DNA of 63,612 nt, counting the filler, from Octopus bimaculoides (lineage: Eukaryota), in the NCBI RefSeq assembly GCF_001194135.2. It is 5 parts of 4 records of this genome, joined end to end, with 100 filler letters (N's around TTAATTAATTAA, not from the genome) between each part and the next. Parts side by side here need not be neighbours in the genome. Positions count along the whole stretch, not along the records: positions 12,522 to 43,567 come from NC_068990.1; 4 more parts are not named here. One strand, 5' to 3'. Made by a program: the position numbers and the translations under genes. This document shows positions 12,534 through 25,700 of the stretch, one piece after another. The first letter of the stretch is position 1; the number at the start of each line of letters is the position of its first letter. Under the pieces are notes generated by a model, which ran no database searches, was not told the DNA's origin, and saw only the letters and a program-made list of their open reading frames with translations.

Positions 12534-12619
12534 GTAAGTTTATTAATTATTTGTTTTTCATTTTACTTCCCCTGCTCCTTGTTCTTGAATTTCAAGATAA
12601 TGGTGTGATGATGATAAAA

Positions 12620-12650
<31 letters not shown>

Positions 12651-13880
12651 GTTTAACGTCTGCTTTCCATGCTAGCATGGGTTGGACGATTTGACTGAGG
12701 ACTGGTGAAACCAGATGGCTACACCAGGCTCCAATCTGATTTGGCAGAGTTTCTACAGCTGGATGCCCTTCCTAACGCCAACCACTCAGAGAGTGTAGTG
12801 GGTGCTTTTACGTGCCACCGGTACGAAGGCCAGTCAGGGGTACTGGCAACAGCCACGCTCGAAATGGTGTATTTTACATGCCACCCGCACAGGAGCTAGT
12901 CCAGTGGGACTGGCAACAAACTCGCTCGAATGTCTTTTCACGTGTCACTGGCATGAGTGCCAGGAAGGCGACGTTGGTAGCGGTCACGCTCAAATGGTGC
13001 TATTTACGTGCTACCGGCAAGAAAGCCAGACAGCTGGTGCTCTGGCAACGATCACGCAAGCCGAGTTTAGTGTTCGATGAAGACGTTGGCATGGGTGCCA
13101 GTCTACAAATTTAGTTCGATTTCGATTTTGCTTTCACTTGCCCCAACAGGTCTTCACAAGCCGAGTTTAGTGTTCGATGAAGACATTAGCATGGGTGCCA
13201 GTCTACAAATTTAGTTCGATTTCGATTTCACTTGCCCCAACAGGTNNNNNNNNNNAAAGCCAGACAGCTGGTGCTCTGGCAACGATCACGCAAGCCGAGT
13301 TTAGTGTTCGATGAAGACGTTGGCATGGGTGCCAGTCTACAAATTTAGTTCGATTTCGATTTCACTTGCCTCAACAGGTCTTCGCAAGCGGAGTTTAGTG
13401 TCCAAAGAAGGAATGTTACGCGTAAGTGGGCTGGCTACATCCCTGGCAGGTGCTCATGATGAATATAGCGATGCTTATGATGATGGCAGTGATCCTGATT
13501 ACAATGACGGTGTTAGTGATGATGATGGTAATGATGTGTTACATGTGAAACATTGTTCACCATCGTATGCATATTGCTTCCTTATGTTACCAAATTTAGA
13601 ACACCAATCCAGTATCCTGACAGCAGGTGTACTATATAATAATAAGCAGTCATTTCATTAGCTTGCAATGCTAATCTCTGTTAATTTAGCATTCAAGTGT
13701 GATTGAATACATTTATTAATATACATTGTACCATGTTTGTATAACTCAGTTCTCGTGGACAATTCTTCTGATGTGAGGGGATATAAGATATCAATATTTG
13801 GAATGGAATATTTATGTTTTTACCAAACCACTAAGTTACAGGGATGTAAACAAACCCTCACAGGTTACCAAGCAGTTGTG

Positions 13881-13915
<35 letters not shown>

Positions 13916-14224
13916 TGTGTGTGTGTACATACATATGTTTATGTCGTGCACAGACAAGATGCTGAATGCACTTTTGCTAATGGACAAGAAGCTGAATGGG
14001 CACAATGCCGAATGGACATAAAGCCGAATGGGCATAGAGCTGAACACACAACAGTAAAAAAAATATTCTTACTTACATAGTTTAATGACCAATTTACCAA
14101 TCTGGCACTTAAGATTTAACAAAATGAAATTTCAATTTTCACATCTTATCCATCTTGTCCATTCAGCTTCTTGTCCTTTGGCAAAAGTGCATTTGGCATC
14201 CCATCCATGTACCATTTATGTATA

Positions 14225-14256
<32 letters not shown>

Positions 14257-14516
14257 CACACGCACGCACGCGCGCACACACACACATACACATACACCTG
14301 CTTCTTTCACTTTCTATCTTCCAAATCCACTCAGGGCTTCAGTTGGCCCAAGTCTAGTAGAAGGCATTTGTTCATGGTGCCACACATTAAGCCTGAACTG
14401 GGAACAATGTGTTTGGAAAGCAAACTTCTTATCACACAGCTACACCAAAAAAAAAATATGCATTTTCTAATTTTGTACTTAATTTGTTGTTATTTTTTGT
14501 TCTTTTTCTCCGCCAG

Positions 14517-14804
14517 AGTATCCAAAAATGTTGGCCATGCCAACAGTATTCTAACATATGAGGATGGAATTTTGAAGTTGATCTATGAAAATGGTGATAA
14601 GTATAACACTGACCCTCCTATTGCTCGAAGAAGTGTGATCACTTTTGTGTGTGACACAAAAGCCAGTCCTGGAAGACCCGAGTTTATAAAAGAGTCAAAT
14701 TCTACCTACTGGTTTTTGTGGTACACTAAATTTGCCTGTGTTTCACATCCAGTTGAATGCACTTTCACCGATGAACAAACCCATGAACAGTATGACCTCT
14801 CAAG
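14517..14804 (+). CDS. IGF2R: IGF2R exon: domain 5 C-half and start of domain 6 (VSKNVGHANS...YDLS)
   Basis: Acceptor ttctccgccag at 14516, donor GTAAGT at 14805; phase 2-2, 288 nt. Confidence 0.93.
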
Positions 14805-15271
14805 GTAAGTGAAACAAATTTAATGTTCGTGTTGACTGAGATTATGAGAGTGGTTGAGCATTAGTGGTGGTGATGGTTGCATTTCAGTGACTGTTTCTTG
14901 TGATGTCAATGTTGAAATTTGTTCTTGTGTTGATGGTGGTGGTAGTTGTGTGCAACCACCTAGATATAGGCTTCAAGATGAGCTGTAGAGGGTTGAGTAA
15001 CAAGAGAGATAGTTAGTGGGAATGGAAACGAAACTAAGTGGGTCCTGTACCCACCTATTTTTAATTGTAAAAACAATCGTTCTGCAAAAATAAATTATCA
15101 GGCACAGGAGTGGCTGTGTGGTAAGAAGCTTGCTTCCCAACCACATGATTCTGTGTTCTGGTTCTGGGTTCAGTCCCACTGCGTACCACCTTGGGCAAGT
15201 GTCTTCTACTATAGGTTCGGGCCAACCAAAGCCCTGTGAGTGGATTTGGTAGACGGAAACTGAAAGAAGCC

Positions 15272-15308
<37 letters not shown>

Positions 15309-18300
15309 CGTATATATCTATGTGTATGTCTTTGTGACTGTGTTTGTCTCCCCCACTGTCGCTTGACAACTGATGTTGTGTTTATGTCCCTGAAACCTAG
15401 TGGTTTGGCAAAAGAGGCCGATAGAATAAGTACCGAGCTTACAAAGAATAAGTCCTGGGGTTGATTTCTTTGACTAAAAGGTGGTGCTCCAGCATGGCCA
15501 CAGTCAAATGGTTGAAACAAATAAGAGTAATAGAGTGCCTAATAAACATAAGAAAACAGATTTAAACAAAATTGGAAAGATAAAAAAAATGATTTATCCT
15601 CTAGTGCTAGTGATACAATGTAGGATAAAGAATACTCTTCTTGTAAGGGGCAAAACAACCTCTCCTGAACTGGTGTTATTATAAAACAAGCCCAATATAC
15701 TCTGTAATATAGTTGGCAAATTAACAGAGGTAAAGTAGGTAAGAGAGGTCTTTTTTAATTTTGCTGAGAACAAGACAACCTCCCTAGAGCAGGTGCCATG
15801 ATAAAATGCACCCAATACACTTGAGAATGATCATTCAACTATAGAAAACACATCACACATGAAACTTAAAAGTAAGGCATAGTCAGTCCCCAGTCATCTT
15901 AGAGAGTAGTAACTTTATATAAAGCCAACTCAGTCCATAACAACCTAACTCAGCAAGCATAGAAAATCAGACAAAATTGTTGATAATGATGAATATGAGC
16001 AATGCCACAGATGAAGATTTCAGTAACAAAGCAAAAAGTTTGCTAAATTTGCTATGCCAATAACAATCTCTGCTCCTCTGGATTCAATGTCCCTCTCTGT
16101 TCACCAACACTTAACACAATTTGATCCTTGCTTTTCCTTCAACCATTCTTGTTCTAAATATATAGTTAAAATTGTATCCTGAAGTAGAATGAATCAGTAA
16201 GTAATAAGCAGTGACTGCATTCCATACCACTTGATAACTGAATATAAAAATAATTATATATGTAGATGTTGTATAATGATATTTTATGTCATACTTTCAG
16301 TCTCACAAAGATGTCAGATAACTGGGTTACTACTGGAATTGACGCACCTGTACAGAAGTATTATATTAATGTATGTCGTTCACTGAACCATGTACCTGTT
16401 GGAACTGGCTGTGATGTTCATTCTGCAGTATGCTCTACAAAGTTTGAAGGTGGCAAGGTACATTCCTTTTTTTCTTTGCTTTGCTTTAGCTTAAATTCTC
16501 TAGTATCTACAGTCAAGGATTATTAACAATAGATATTACATGATCAACATAATATTTATAGTTTTAAATATAGTCTAATGGTGTAACAGATAATCTCATC
16601 ATCATCAAACGTCCATTTTTCCATATTGGCACAGGCTGGACGGTTTGACATGAGCTGGCCAGGCTCTGATTGTCTGTTTTGGTATGGTTTCTACTGTTGG
16701 ATGCTCTTCCTAATACTGACACTTTACAGAGTGTACTGGGTGCTTTTTTGTGGAAATTATATTTTTTTTAATGACTCAAATAGAAGAGAAAGAGTTGTGC
16801 CCATAAGTACTTTCAGGGCCTTTGAAACTGGTGGAGGGAAGAAAGATGATTATCCTCAGAGCAGAGACCTGGCTCAAATGCTTTCTCTAGCCATATGTCT
16901 TTCCTAATGGCAACCACTTTACAGAGTGTACTGAGTGCTTTTTATGTGGCCACTAGCACTGGTGCTTTTTACATGACACTAATACCAGTGGGGTTGCCAA
17001 GTAACTAACAAGACAAAGACATCTTGGATGGGAGAAGTGGTACTGAGGGGAGTGGCTTTGTATAAGGCAAATTTCCCTAAAGACATCCAAGAACCAGCTG
17101 ATAGTGTTAAACTGTGCAATATATAAAGTCCAACACACAACAACAGGCCAAACTTCCACACAATTTCTGTCTACTCAATTTCAATCATAAGGCTTTGGTC
17201 AACCTAGGGCTGTGGTTGAAGATGTTTATCCAGGTGCAAAAGGATTGAATCCTGAAATGTATAGCAAAGAGAACTTATTAACCTCACAACCTCACAACTA
17301 TGTTTCTGCTTATAATGCATCAATATAGCATCTTCTAATTTAGGCACACTTCTCTCACTCTATCTCTCTAACTATCCTTCCTCTCCAACAAGGGTAGCCA
17401 AGTATCTCCTCTATAGTACGGCATCTATCTCAATCCCTCTATTATACTCTGACTTCTTGACTGGTACAAAGCCACCCACCTCAGTACCACTCCTCCCAGC
17501 CAAGAGGTTTTTGTCTTGTTAGTTACTTGGCAACCTCACTGGTAATAGTGTCATGTAAAACGCACCAGTGCTAGTGGCCACATAAAAAGCACTCAGTATA
17601 CTCTGTTAAGTGGTTGGCATTAGGAAAAACCTGGCTAGAGAAACCATGCCAAAGTGGACACCAGAACTGGGTAAAGTGGTTGGCATTAGGAAGGGTAACC
17701 AATTGTAGAAACCAACCCAGAGCAAGCTTTGGAACATGGTGAGGTTTTTTGGCTTGCTAGCTCCTGTCAAGCCAGCCAACTCATGCCAGCATGAATAACA
17801 GACATTAAATAACAATGATAATGAGTCCTGCACTATACAACACTCACCATAAATAATTCAGAGTTACTATGATAACTTCCTGTGGGGAACTCACATGCAT
17901 TAACGCTATAAAAACTGTAGCCCAATGGCCAAGCTCCCTCTTAGCATATTATTCTGTATATTTTCATTCAGAAATGTCTAGTAAGTATATATTTGAACGA
18001 AAATATATGTTCACTGTACTCTGAAGTATGTCACTTAATTACTTACCCAAACTACTTCGTTCATAAGGTTATTCCCACTTTCTATCATTAACTATCAGTA
18101 ACTATCATTTTTATTAGTAACTTCATAATAAATCATGACTAATCCAAAATAATAGGTGTATTTATTCTTCTTTATATACAGATTCAAAATAAATAATAAA
18201 TATATTTTTTACATGGAAATTGAAAAAAAAAATGTATGTTAAGAGGTTAAAGGCCAAAAAATACTTACACTCTAATTAGCCAATGATTCTCCAGAGAACA

Positions 18301-19685
18301 ATTGAGACAGTTGAGACAATATTTGGAGCCATTATGCTGTCTGCTCTTATGCTTACACTTTTTTTTTATTTTCAGTGTTTCCTGTTTAGATTTATATATT
18401 TCTTTATTTTCACAGGAAGTGATTGCTCATGAAAACCTTGGAGAAGTTGTTAAAGGTCTTGTGAAGAAAGGGGATAACATTGTATTGGAATACACCAATG
18501 GTAAAGCATGTCTGGACAGTGGTTACACACTGACCAACTATTCCACAACAATCCATTTCCACTGCACAAAGAAAATAACAGTAAGTAAAAGAAAAGTTGA
18601 AATAGGATTCATTGTTGTGGTTTAACCTTTGACCAACCTTTACTGAACAGGCCTATCCCAAAAGGTTTTCAAGCTATGCCCGTCCCGTTATTAAGGTAGA
18701 ATGTATCCAGAACAATCTTATCTTGAATGTTTCTCTCCTTCCATTTTAACACAATACAATATAATTTGAGAGAGGTTTTGAAACTATTTCTAGCAATTTA
18801 AGGGTTATTTCATTCCCAAGTTTACATGATCTGACCTATAATCATTCCAACCATGTTCATCTTGTCTTCTTAGGGCTCTGTGGAACTACATTATCTAATG
18901 TTTTCTTACTTTAATTAAGTTTGTAGGTGTATATTTGACTGCTGTTTTTAACAGGATGGAATACCACATATGAGCTCCTTCTTGGCTCATTTTGTTTCAC
19001 TCTGGAGTTGTACATTCTTGTATATTTTACTTAGTGCATCTCTTATCATCTTTTCAGCAAGTATAGTGAGGGCTATGCTTCATTATTCCTCATTGCATTA
19101 TTGTTCATAGTTGGCTTTTGGTTGATCCCTGCATTAAATATGTTAATATTTATTTGACTATTTTATTGTGTATTTTGTGATGATGTATATTACTGAAGTT
19201 TGCATGGCTTAGTGGTTAGAGTAATTGGCTTATGATTATAAGGTCATGAGCTTCATTCCCAGAAGCATGTTGTGTCCTTGAGCAAGACATTTTATTTCAC
19301 ATTCCTCCAGTCCACTCACCTGTAGTTCAAAGGGCCAGCCATGTCACATTCTGTGTCATGCTGAACCTCCCTGAGAAATACTCTGTGGAGTACTCTTCCA
19401 TTTGCACATTAATTTCATAAATGGGCTGTTCTGTTGATCAAATCAACTGGAACCCTTGTCATCATAACCAATGGAGTGCCTTTTTATACTACTGGTTTTT
19501 ATACCAAATTATTTTTGAACATAGGCGCAGGAGTGGCTGTGTGGTAAGTAGCTTGTTTACCAACCACATGGTTCCGGGTTCATTCCCACTGCGTGGCACC
19601 TTGGGCATGTGTCTTCTACGATAGCCTCGGGTCGACCAAAGCCTTGTGAGTGGATTTGGTAGACGGAAACTGAAAGAAGCCTGTC

Positions 19686-19731
<46 letters not shown>

Positions 19732-22700
19732 ATATGTTTGTGTGTCTGTGTTTGTTCCCCCAACATGCCTTGACAACCGATGGTGGTGTGTTTACGTCCC
19801 GTAACTTAGCGGTTCGGCAAAAGAGACCGATAGAATAAATACTAGGCTTCCAAAGAATAAGTCCTGGAGTTGATTTGCTCAACTAAAGGCAGTGCTGCAG
19901 CATGGCCGCAGTCAAATGACTGAAACAAGTAAAAAGAGTAAAAAAAAAAAACATTCTGATGTAAAGGTGGAAAATGATGTAGTCCATTGGATAGCATTTG
20001 ACAAATTTCACACTTGTAACAGTCTTAGTGTTATTGCTGTTAGTTGAGGTAGTTTCCACCTTCCATTTGTAGTATCTTCATATTCTGTCAGTAGAAATAA
20101 AAATTTAAAAACACTTATTTTACCCCATCATGACTAATTAAATAGCTGACATATTGTTCACTAGTTTAATGCTACCGTCTGATCTTTGAGTGCCTTGATC
20201 AGAGTCCATTAAGTTGCAAGCAATTGGACAAGGTCTCTAGTCTGTGAATAATTCATTTTCTCGATGCACTGATGCCTATTACAGCAAGTGGTGAATTTTT
20301 CCCCAATCCCTATCTACCTACTAGTCTTACAGGCCCTGCACAAATCATAGGCTCTACCAGAAAAAAAACAGAGAAATAAAGGAAGACCAACAGATGAATT
20401 AAGAGAGAGAGAGAGAGAGAGAGAGATCCTGTCAATTTAAAGAACTCTGAAATTTAAAATAAAATAAAATAAACATTTGAAAAAAAGACATTGCAAAGAA
20501 ACTTTCTCAACTTTTCTATGGTTTGATATCTTTAACAGGAACATGGTCCAAGTTTGTTAAGTATCAATTCAATATGTCATTATGTATTCTTGTGGAACAC
20601 TCCAGCTGCATGTGTTCAGACCAGCACGGAAAGCAATCAGGAGAAATGCTCCATAAAGGACACCAATTCTGGTTACATTTATAATCTGCAGCCTTTGATA
20701 AGAGATGGATCTTACAGTATTGTTTCACAGTCTCATAAATTCTATGTAAGTGTATTTAATTTTTTTCAACTAAAATTTCTCTTTGATTTTTTTCTGTTGT
20801 TTAAATCCAAGATCCCTCATTGAATCCAAATTGACGAAAGGTGTTACATAATATCCCTTTACTTAGTCTATCACCAAGTTTAACATCATTACCTCACTAT
20901 TGGGTGCCTTTAACAAGTCCATACACAGTTGAAAGAATTTGAACCAGGTTTCCATGTGAAGGCCGTTCAATATCTCAATGTGCTGCTTCTTATCACAGCA
21001 GCCTACAAGTAAATTTCTCACTCAGTTTCCTCCCACTAGCATTGTAGGTCCTGTTAAGAAGTCCTGTGTATTGTTCATTCTCTGTTTTAAGCCATTAAAA
21101 GCAATGTGTGTAAAGAGAATGATGATATTGAGAAATAGGTACAGGGAACAAAATATGTGCATTCTGTAATACTCTTAAGTATGCTTGTTTGCTCTTATGT
21201 GATGGCTTATTAACACAAACACATCTGCACATTCAGGCAGGCACTGACCCATCCATGTAGACAGGCACTGACCCACTCATACGTTCAATCAATCCAGTAA
21301 TAGTTATCATCATTCTTATTTTCAGAATGAATAATGTATTGAGAAGGTCATTTTGTTGTTAAAAATCTATTTGAATCACTAATAAAAAATTTAGTTGTGT
21401 TGTATTGCTGGTTTAGTTAATGAAACCTTAGCATGATTACCAATATTCGATAACTTTTGACGTGACCTGACATGTACTATAAGCTCTTGGTTTGGCACAC
21501 AGTCTTTAATCCTGTTGGAGAAAAAACAAATTTCATTTGAAATATTCTTACTTACATTCTTTTCTACTCTTGGTACGAGGCCCAAAATTTTGGGGGAGGG
21601 GGCCAGTCGATTAGATCAACCCCATTATGCAACTGGTACCTAATTTATCGACTCAGAAAGGATGACAGGCAAAGTCGACCTCGGCAGAAATGCATTTAAA
21701 AAAGTGAAAACTGTTACATGACTATAATACCAAATGGCAGCAATGTCACATGGCTTCTGTGTTTCATAGCCACACTTACACATATCCCTTAAAAATACTT
21801 TTTCTGTATGTTTATTTTTTTCTGGTTTCAGTCATTTGATTGTGGTCACACACGGGTTTAATCAATTAAATCAACTCCTGAAAGTTATTTTTCTCAACTG
21901 CTCTATTATTTAACTCAACAAATTGAAAGCAAAGTGATCTTGGATGGAATTTCAATTTAGAATGTAAAGAGCCATTTCCAAAATACCACAAATATATTGC
22001 TTTTGTAGCTAAAAAAATAGCAAAAGGAATGGTTACTTAAATTTTTGCAACTGTTTATGTGTTAATCTGTTTGTTTATCTGCCTCCAGTTGAACATTTGT
22101 GCACCTGTGAATTTGCCTGGCTGTACCATGTCTGACAATTCAAAAGCATCAGTTTGTGAACAAGTCTCAAGTACAGTAACTGGTCTGGCAGCTGTAAGTA
22201 CTGAACTAGAACTGACTGACAGACATTTACAGCTGGTCTATGCTGGAAAACGTTTATCTGATGGTAAGATTTAAAACTTTTTGTTTTGCAAAATGGCCTA
22301 TCATATTTACTACTACTATATTTCATCTGTTGTGGAGGCGCAATGGCCCAGTGGTTAGGGCAGTGTACTCGCGGTCATAGGATCGCGGTTTCGATTCTCA
22401 GACCGGGTGTTGTGAGTGTTTATTGAGCGAAAACACCTAAAGCTCCACGAGGCTCTGGCAGGGGATGGTGGTGAACCCTGCTGTACTCTTTCATCACAAC
22501 TTTCTCTCACTCTTACTTGCTGTTTCTGTTGTGCCTGTAATTCAAAGGGTCAGCCTTGTCACGCTGTGTCACGCTGAATATCCCCGAGAACTACGTTAAG
22601 GGTACATGTGTCTGTGGAGTACTCAGCCACTTGCACATTAATTTCATGAGCAGGCTGTTCCGTTGATCAGATCAACTGGAACCCTCGACGTCGTAAGCGA

Positions 22701-25700
22701 CGGAGTGCCAACAACAATTTCGTCTATGTCCCAGTTTTTTTTTCTTCTGTACTTATTTTGTTATATAGTGTACATATGTGAGGTGGGGTACATGGCTGGC
22801 TGGGTGCAAGAATGATTGTGTGGTTTGCCTTGACTTTCAAGTAGCTGTGGGTTTGATTCCACTATGCAGTATCTTAGACAAGTGTCTTTTTGATTCATTC
22901 AAGCATTGTGAGTGATAGTGGGAAAAGGAAAACTGTGTAGAAGCCCATCAGGCTTTTCTTGTTTATAATTCTGGCACTTGTGCCCGCGGCATGTGTAAGA
23001 ACTTTCGAGCGAGATCGTTGCCAGTGCCCCTGGACTGGCTCTTGTGTGGGTGGCACATAAAATACACCATTTTGAGCGTGGCCGTTGCCAGTACCGCCTG
23101 ACTGACCTTCGTGCCAGTGGCACGTAAAAAGCACCCACTACACTCTCTGAGTGGTTGGCGTTAGGAAGGGCATCCAGCTGTAGAAACTCTGCCAAATCAG
23201 ATTGGAGCCTGGTGTAGCCATCTGGTTTCACCAGTCCTCAGTCAAATTGTCCAACTCATGCTAGCATGGAAAGCGGACGTTAAACGATGATGATGATGAA
23301 TTTGTAGACTTAGTTCATCAACCAGTTGAAAATGACTGCCTCACTTTTGGGTACCTATGGCAAGTCCATACACTTTTGAAAGAATTGGAACTAGGTCTCC
23401 ATGTAAAGACAGTCCAATATCTCACTGTGCTGCTTCCTACTGCAGCAGCCTACAAGTAAATTTCTCACTTAGTTTCCTCCCACTAACATTGTAGGTCCTG
23501 TTGAAAAGTCCTGGGCATTGTCCTTTCTCTTCTTTAAGCCATTAAAAACACTGTGTTTAAATAGAATGATAATATTGAGAAATAGACACAGGGAACAGAA
23601 TATGTGCATGCTGTAATACTCTTAATTAAGCATGCTTGTTTGCTCTTATGTAATGGCTTATTAACACAAGCACATTTGCGCCTATTACATGTGTTCACAT
23701 GTAGTATGTGAATGCATATTCACATACTGCACACACATACAGACAGACACAAACCCATTGATACTGCGGGTGTTTATGAATGAAAGCAAAGTCACCTAAT
23801 ACATTTGTTCTTTGTAATACTTTTGTGCCAAATTTTCTTTATTTCATTTTCTTTTTTTGTTTCCATATCTTTGATTTGCTTTTTTCTCTTCATTCAGGTT
23901 CACTTTTCAAGGTAACAATTATTTTTGTCTGTGCCAAAGAGAAAGAATTGGGCAGTGTCAGTTTGGTGAGAACAACTAAGAGCAACTACATATTCCAGTT
24001 TGATACTCCTCTTGCTTGTCCACCACAGACAGTCGATTGTGTTGTTCAAGACCGTCTTGGTAACCAGTATGATTTGTCCCAACTGACAAAGCAAAATGGC
24101 AACTGGGAACTTCCTGTTGGAAATATGAAGTACATCATCAACATTTGCTCACCAATTAATAATTATACAGGCAATACAACTTGTGCAGGTAAATTTTAAT
24201 TAGTTATTTGTAAACAGGTGAGGTTCAATGGCTGTGAGATCTTGTTACTCCACCCCCAACTAAACAGGATTATGATGAAAGGTATCCCAGTCTTGATCAT
24301 TACATCTTTTTCATGGTACCATTATCTAATGTGTCCTTCCTTGTTTTTTAAGATGATTGCGAAATCGTGATGGCACAGCGATGACCCAGCGTTGCCTTCC
24401 TGGCACTTGTTCCAGTGACACGTGTAAAGACATTCGAGCGAGATCGTTGCCAGTGCCGTCAGACTGGCTCCTGTGCAGGTGGCACGTAAAATACACCATT
24501 TTGAGCGTGGCCGTTGCCAGTACCGTCTGACTGGCCGTCGTGCCGGTGGCACGTAAAAGCACTCACTACACTCTCGGAGTGGTTGGCATTAGGAAGGGCA
24601 TCCAGCTGTAGAAACTCTGCCAAATCAGATTGGAACCTGGTGTAGCCATCTGGTTCACCAGTCCTCAGTCAAATCGTCCAACCCATGCTAGCATGGAAAG
24701 CGGACGTTAAACGATGACGATGATGATGATGATAATGATTGCTTGACTTGATAAAAATATATAGCATGTAATCATGGCTGTTGCCAGTGTCATGTAAATA
24801 GCACCCATGGAATCATAATCGTAGCCATTGCCAGTAGCATGATCTTCAAATGTTGGGCCTCACAGAGGTGAGGGATGAAGTGGTGAAACATCATGTTCAA
24901 ATGTTGGGCCTCACAGAGGCAGTGACAAGTGATCGAGACCTTTGGCAATGTGCTGTGCTTGCGAAGACTTGTCAAGCCAAGTGAAACCATAGTCATGACT
25001 ATTGCCAGTGTCATGTAAATAGTACCCATGAAATCGTAGTTGTGACCATTGTCAGTGTCATGTAAATGACACCCATGCCAGTGGTATATAAAAAGCACCC
25101 ATTATACTCTTGGAGTGGTTGGTGTTAGGAAGGACATCCAGCTGTAGAAACCATGCCACATCAGGCTGGAACCTAGTGCAGCTCTCCAGCTTACCTGTTC
25201 CAGTCAAACCGTCTAACCCATGCCAGCATGGAAAGCAGACATTAAATGATGATGTTGAAATTTGCCTCAAATTACATCCTATCATGCAGTGGGGAGGTCT
25301 TTCGCTGGTTCAGTGGTTTAGGAGGTTAAGGAAGGATAAAGTATGTTACCCTTTAATTAATAACTTTGCTTCTGCAAAAAAAAAAAAAAAAAAGCCTCCC
25401 TTACCTTATTGTTTTGAATCCATATATAAAGATTGTTCTGGGTTAAAACTGAAGTAAAATGAAAATGCATGATCGTAACTGTACTATTGTTATCTTCTCT
25501 TTAAAATTTTCTGAAACCTACCACAACTCATTCACAAATTTTTTTCTTAATCATGCTAACCTTTTGTTTTTATTTTGTATATATAAACATACTCAGTTTT
25601 ACTGTGGGTTAGAATTCAAGTTAATGAGGACATGTCATCAACAATTAGACCATTGTGATTTTAATTCATTTTCAGAATATCTCAATTCCTAATATAGCCT

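Noticed and set aside
12180-12899. Recurrent ORF MKPDG(N/Y)TRLQS.LAEFLQLDALP (also at 22899-23231 and 62833-63231)
   Set aside because: Antisense reading of the family B retroposon core, not a gene family
12113-25260. Regularly recurring short repeats suggesting a CRISPR-like array
   Set aside because: Eukaryotic SINE modules; no constant repeat-unique spacer structure and no cas genes
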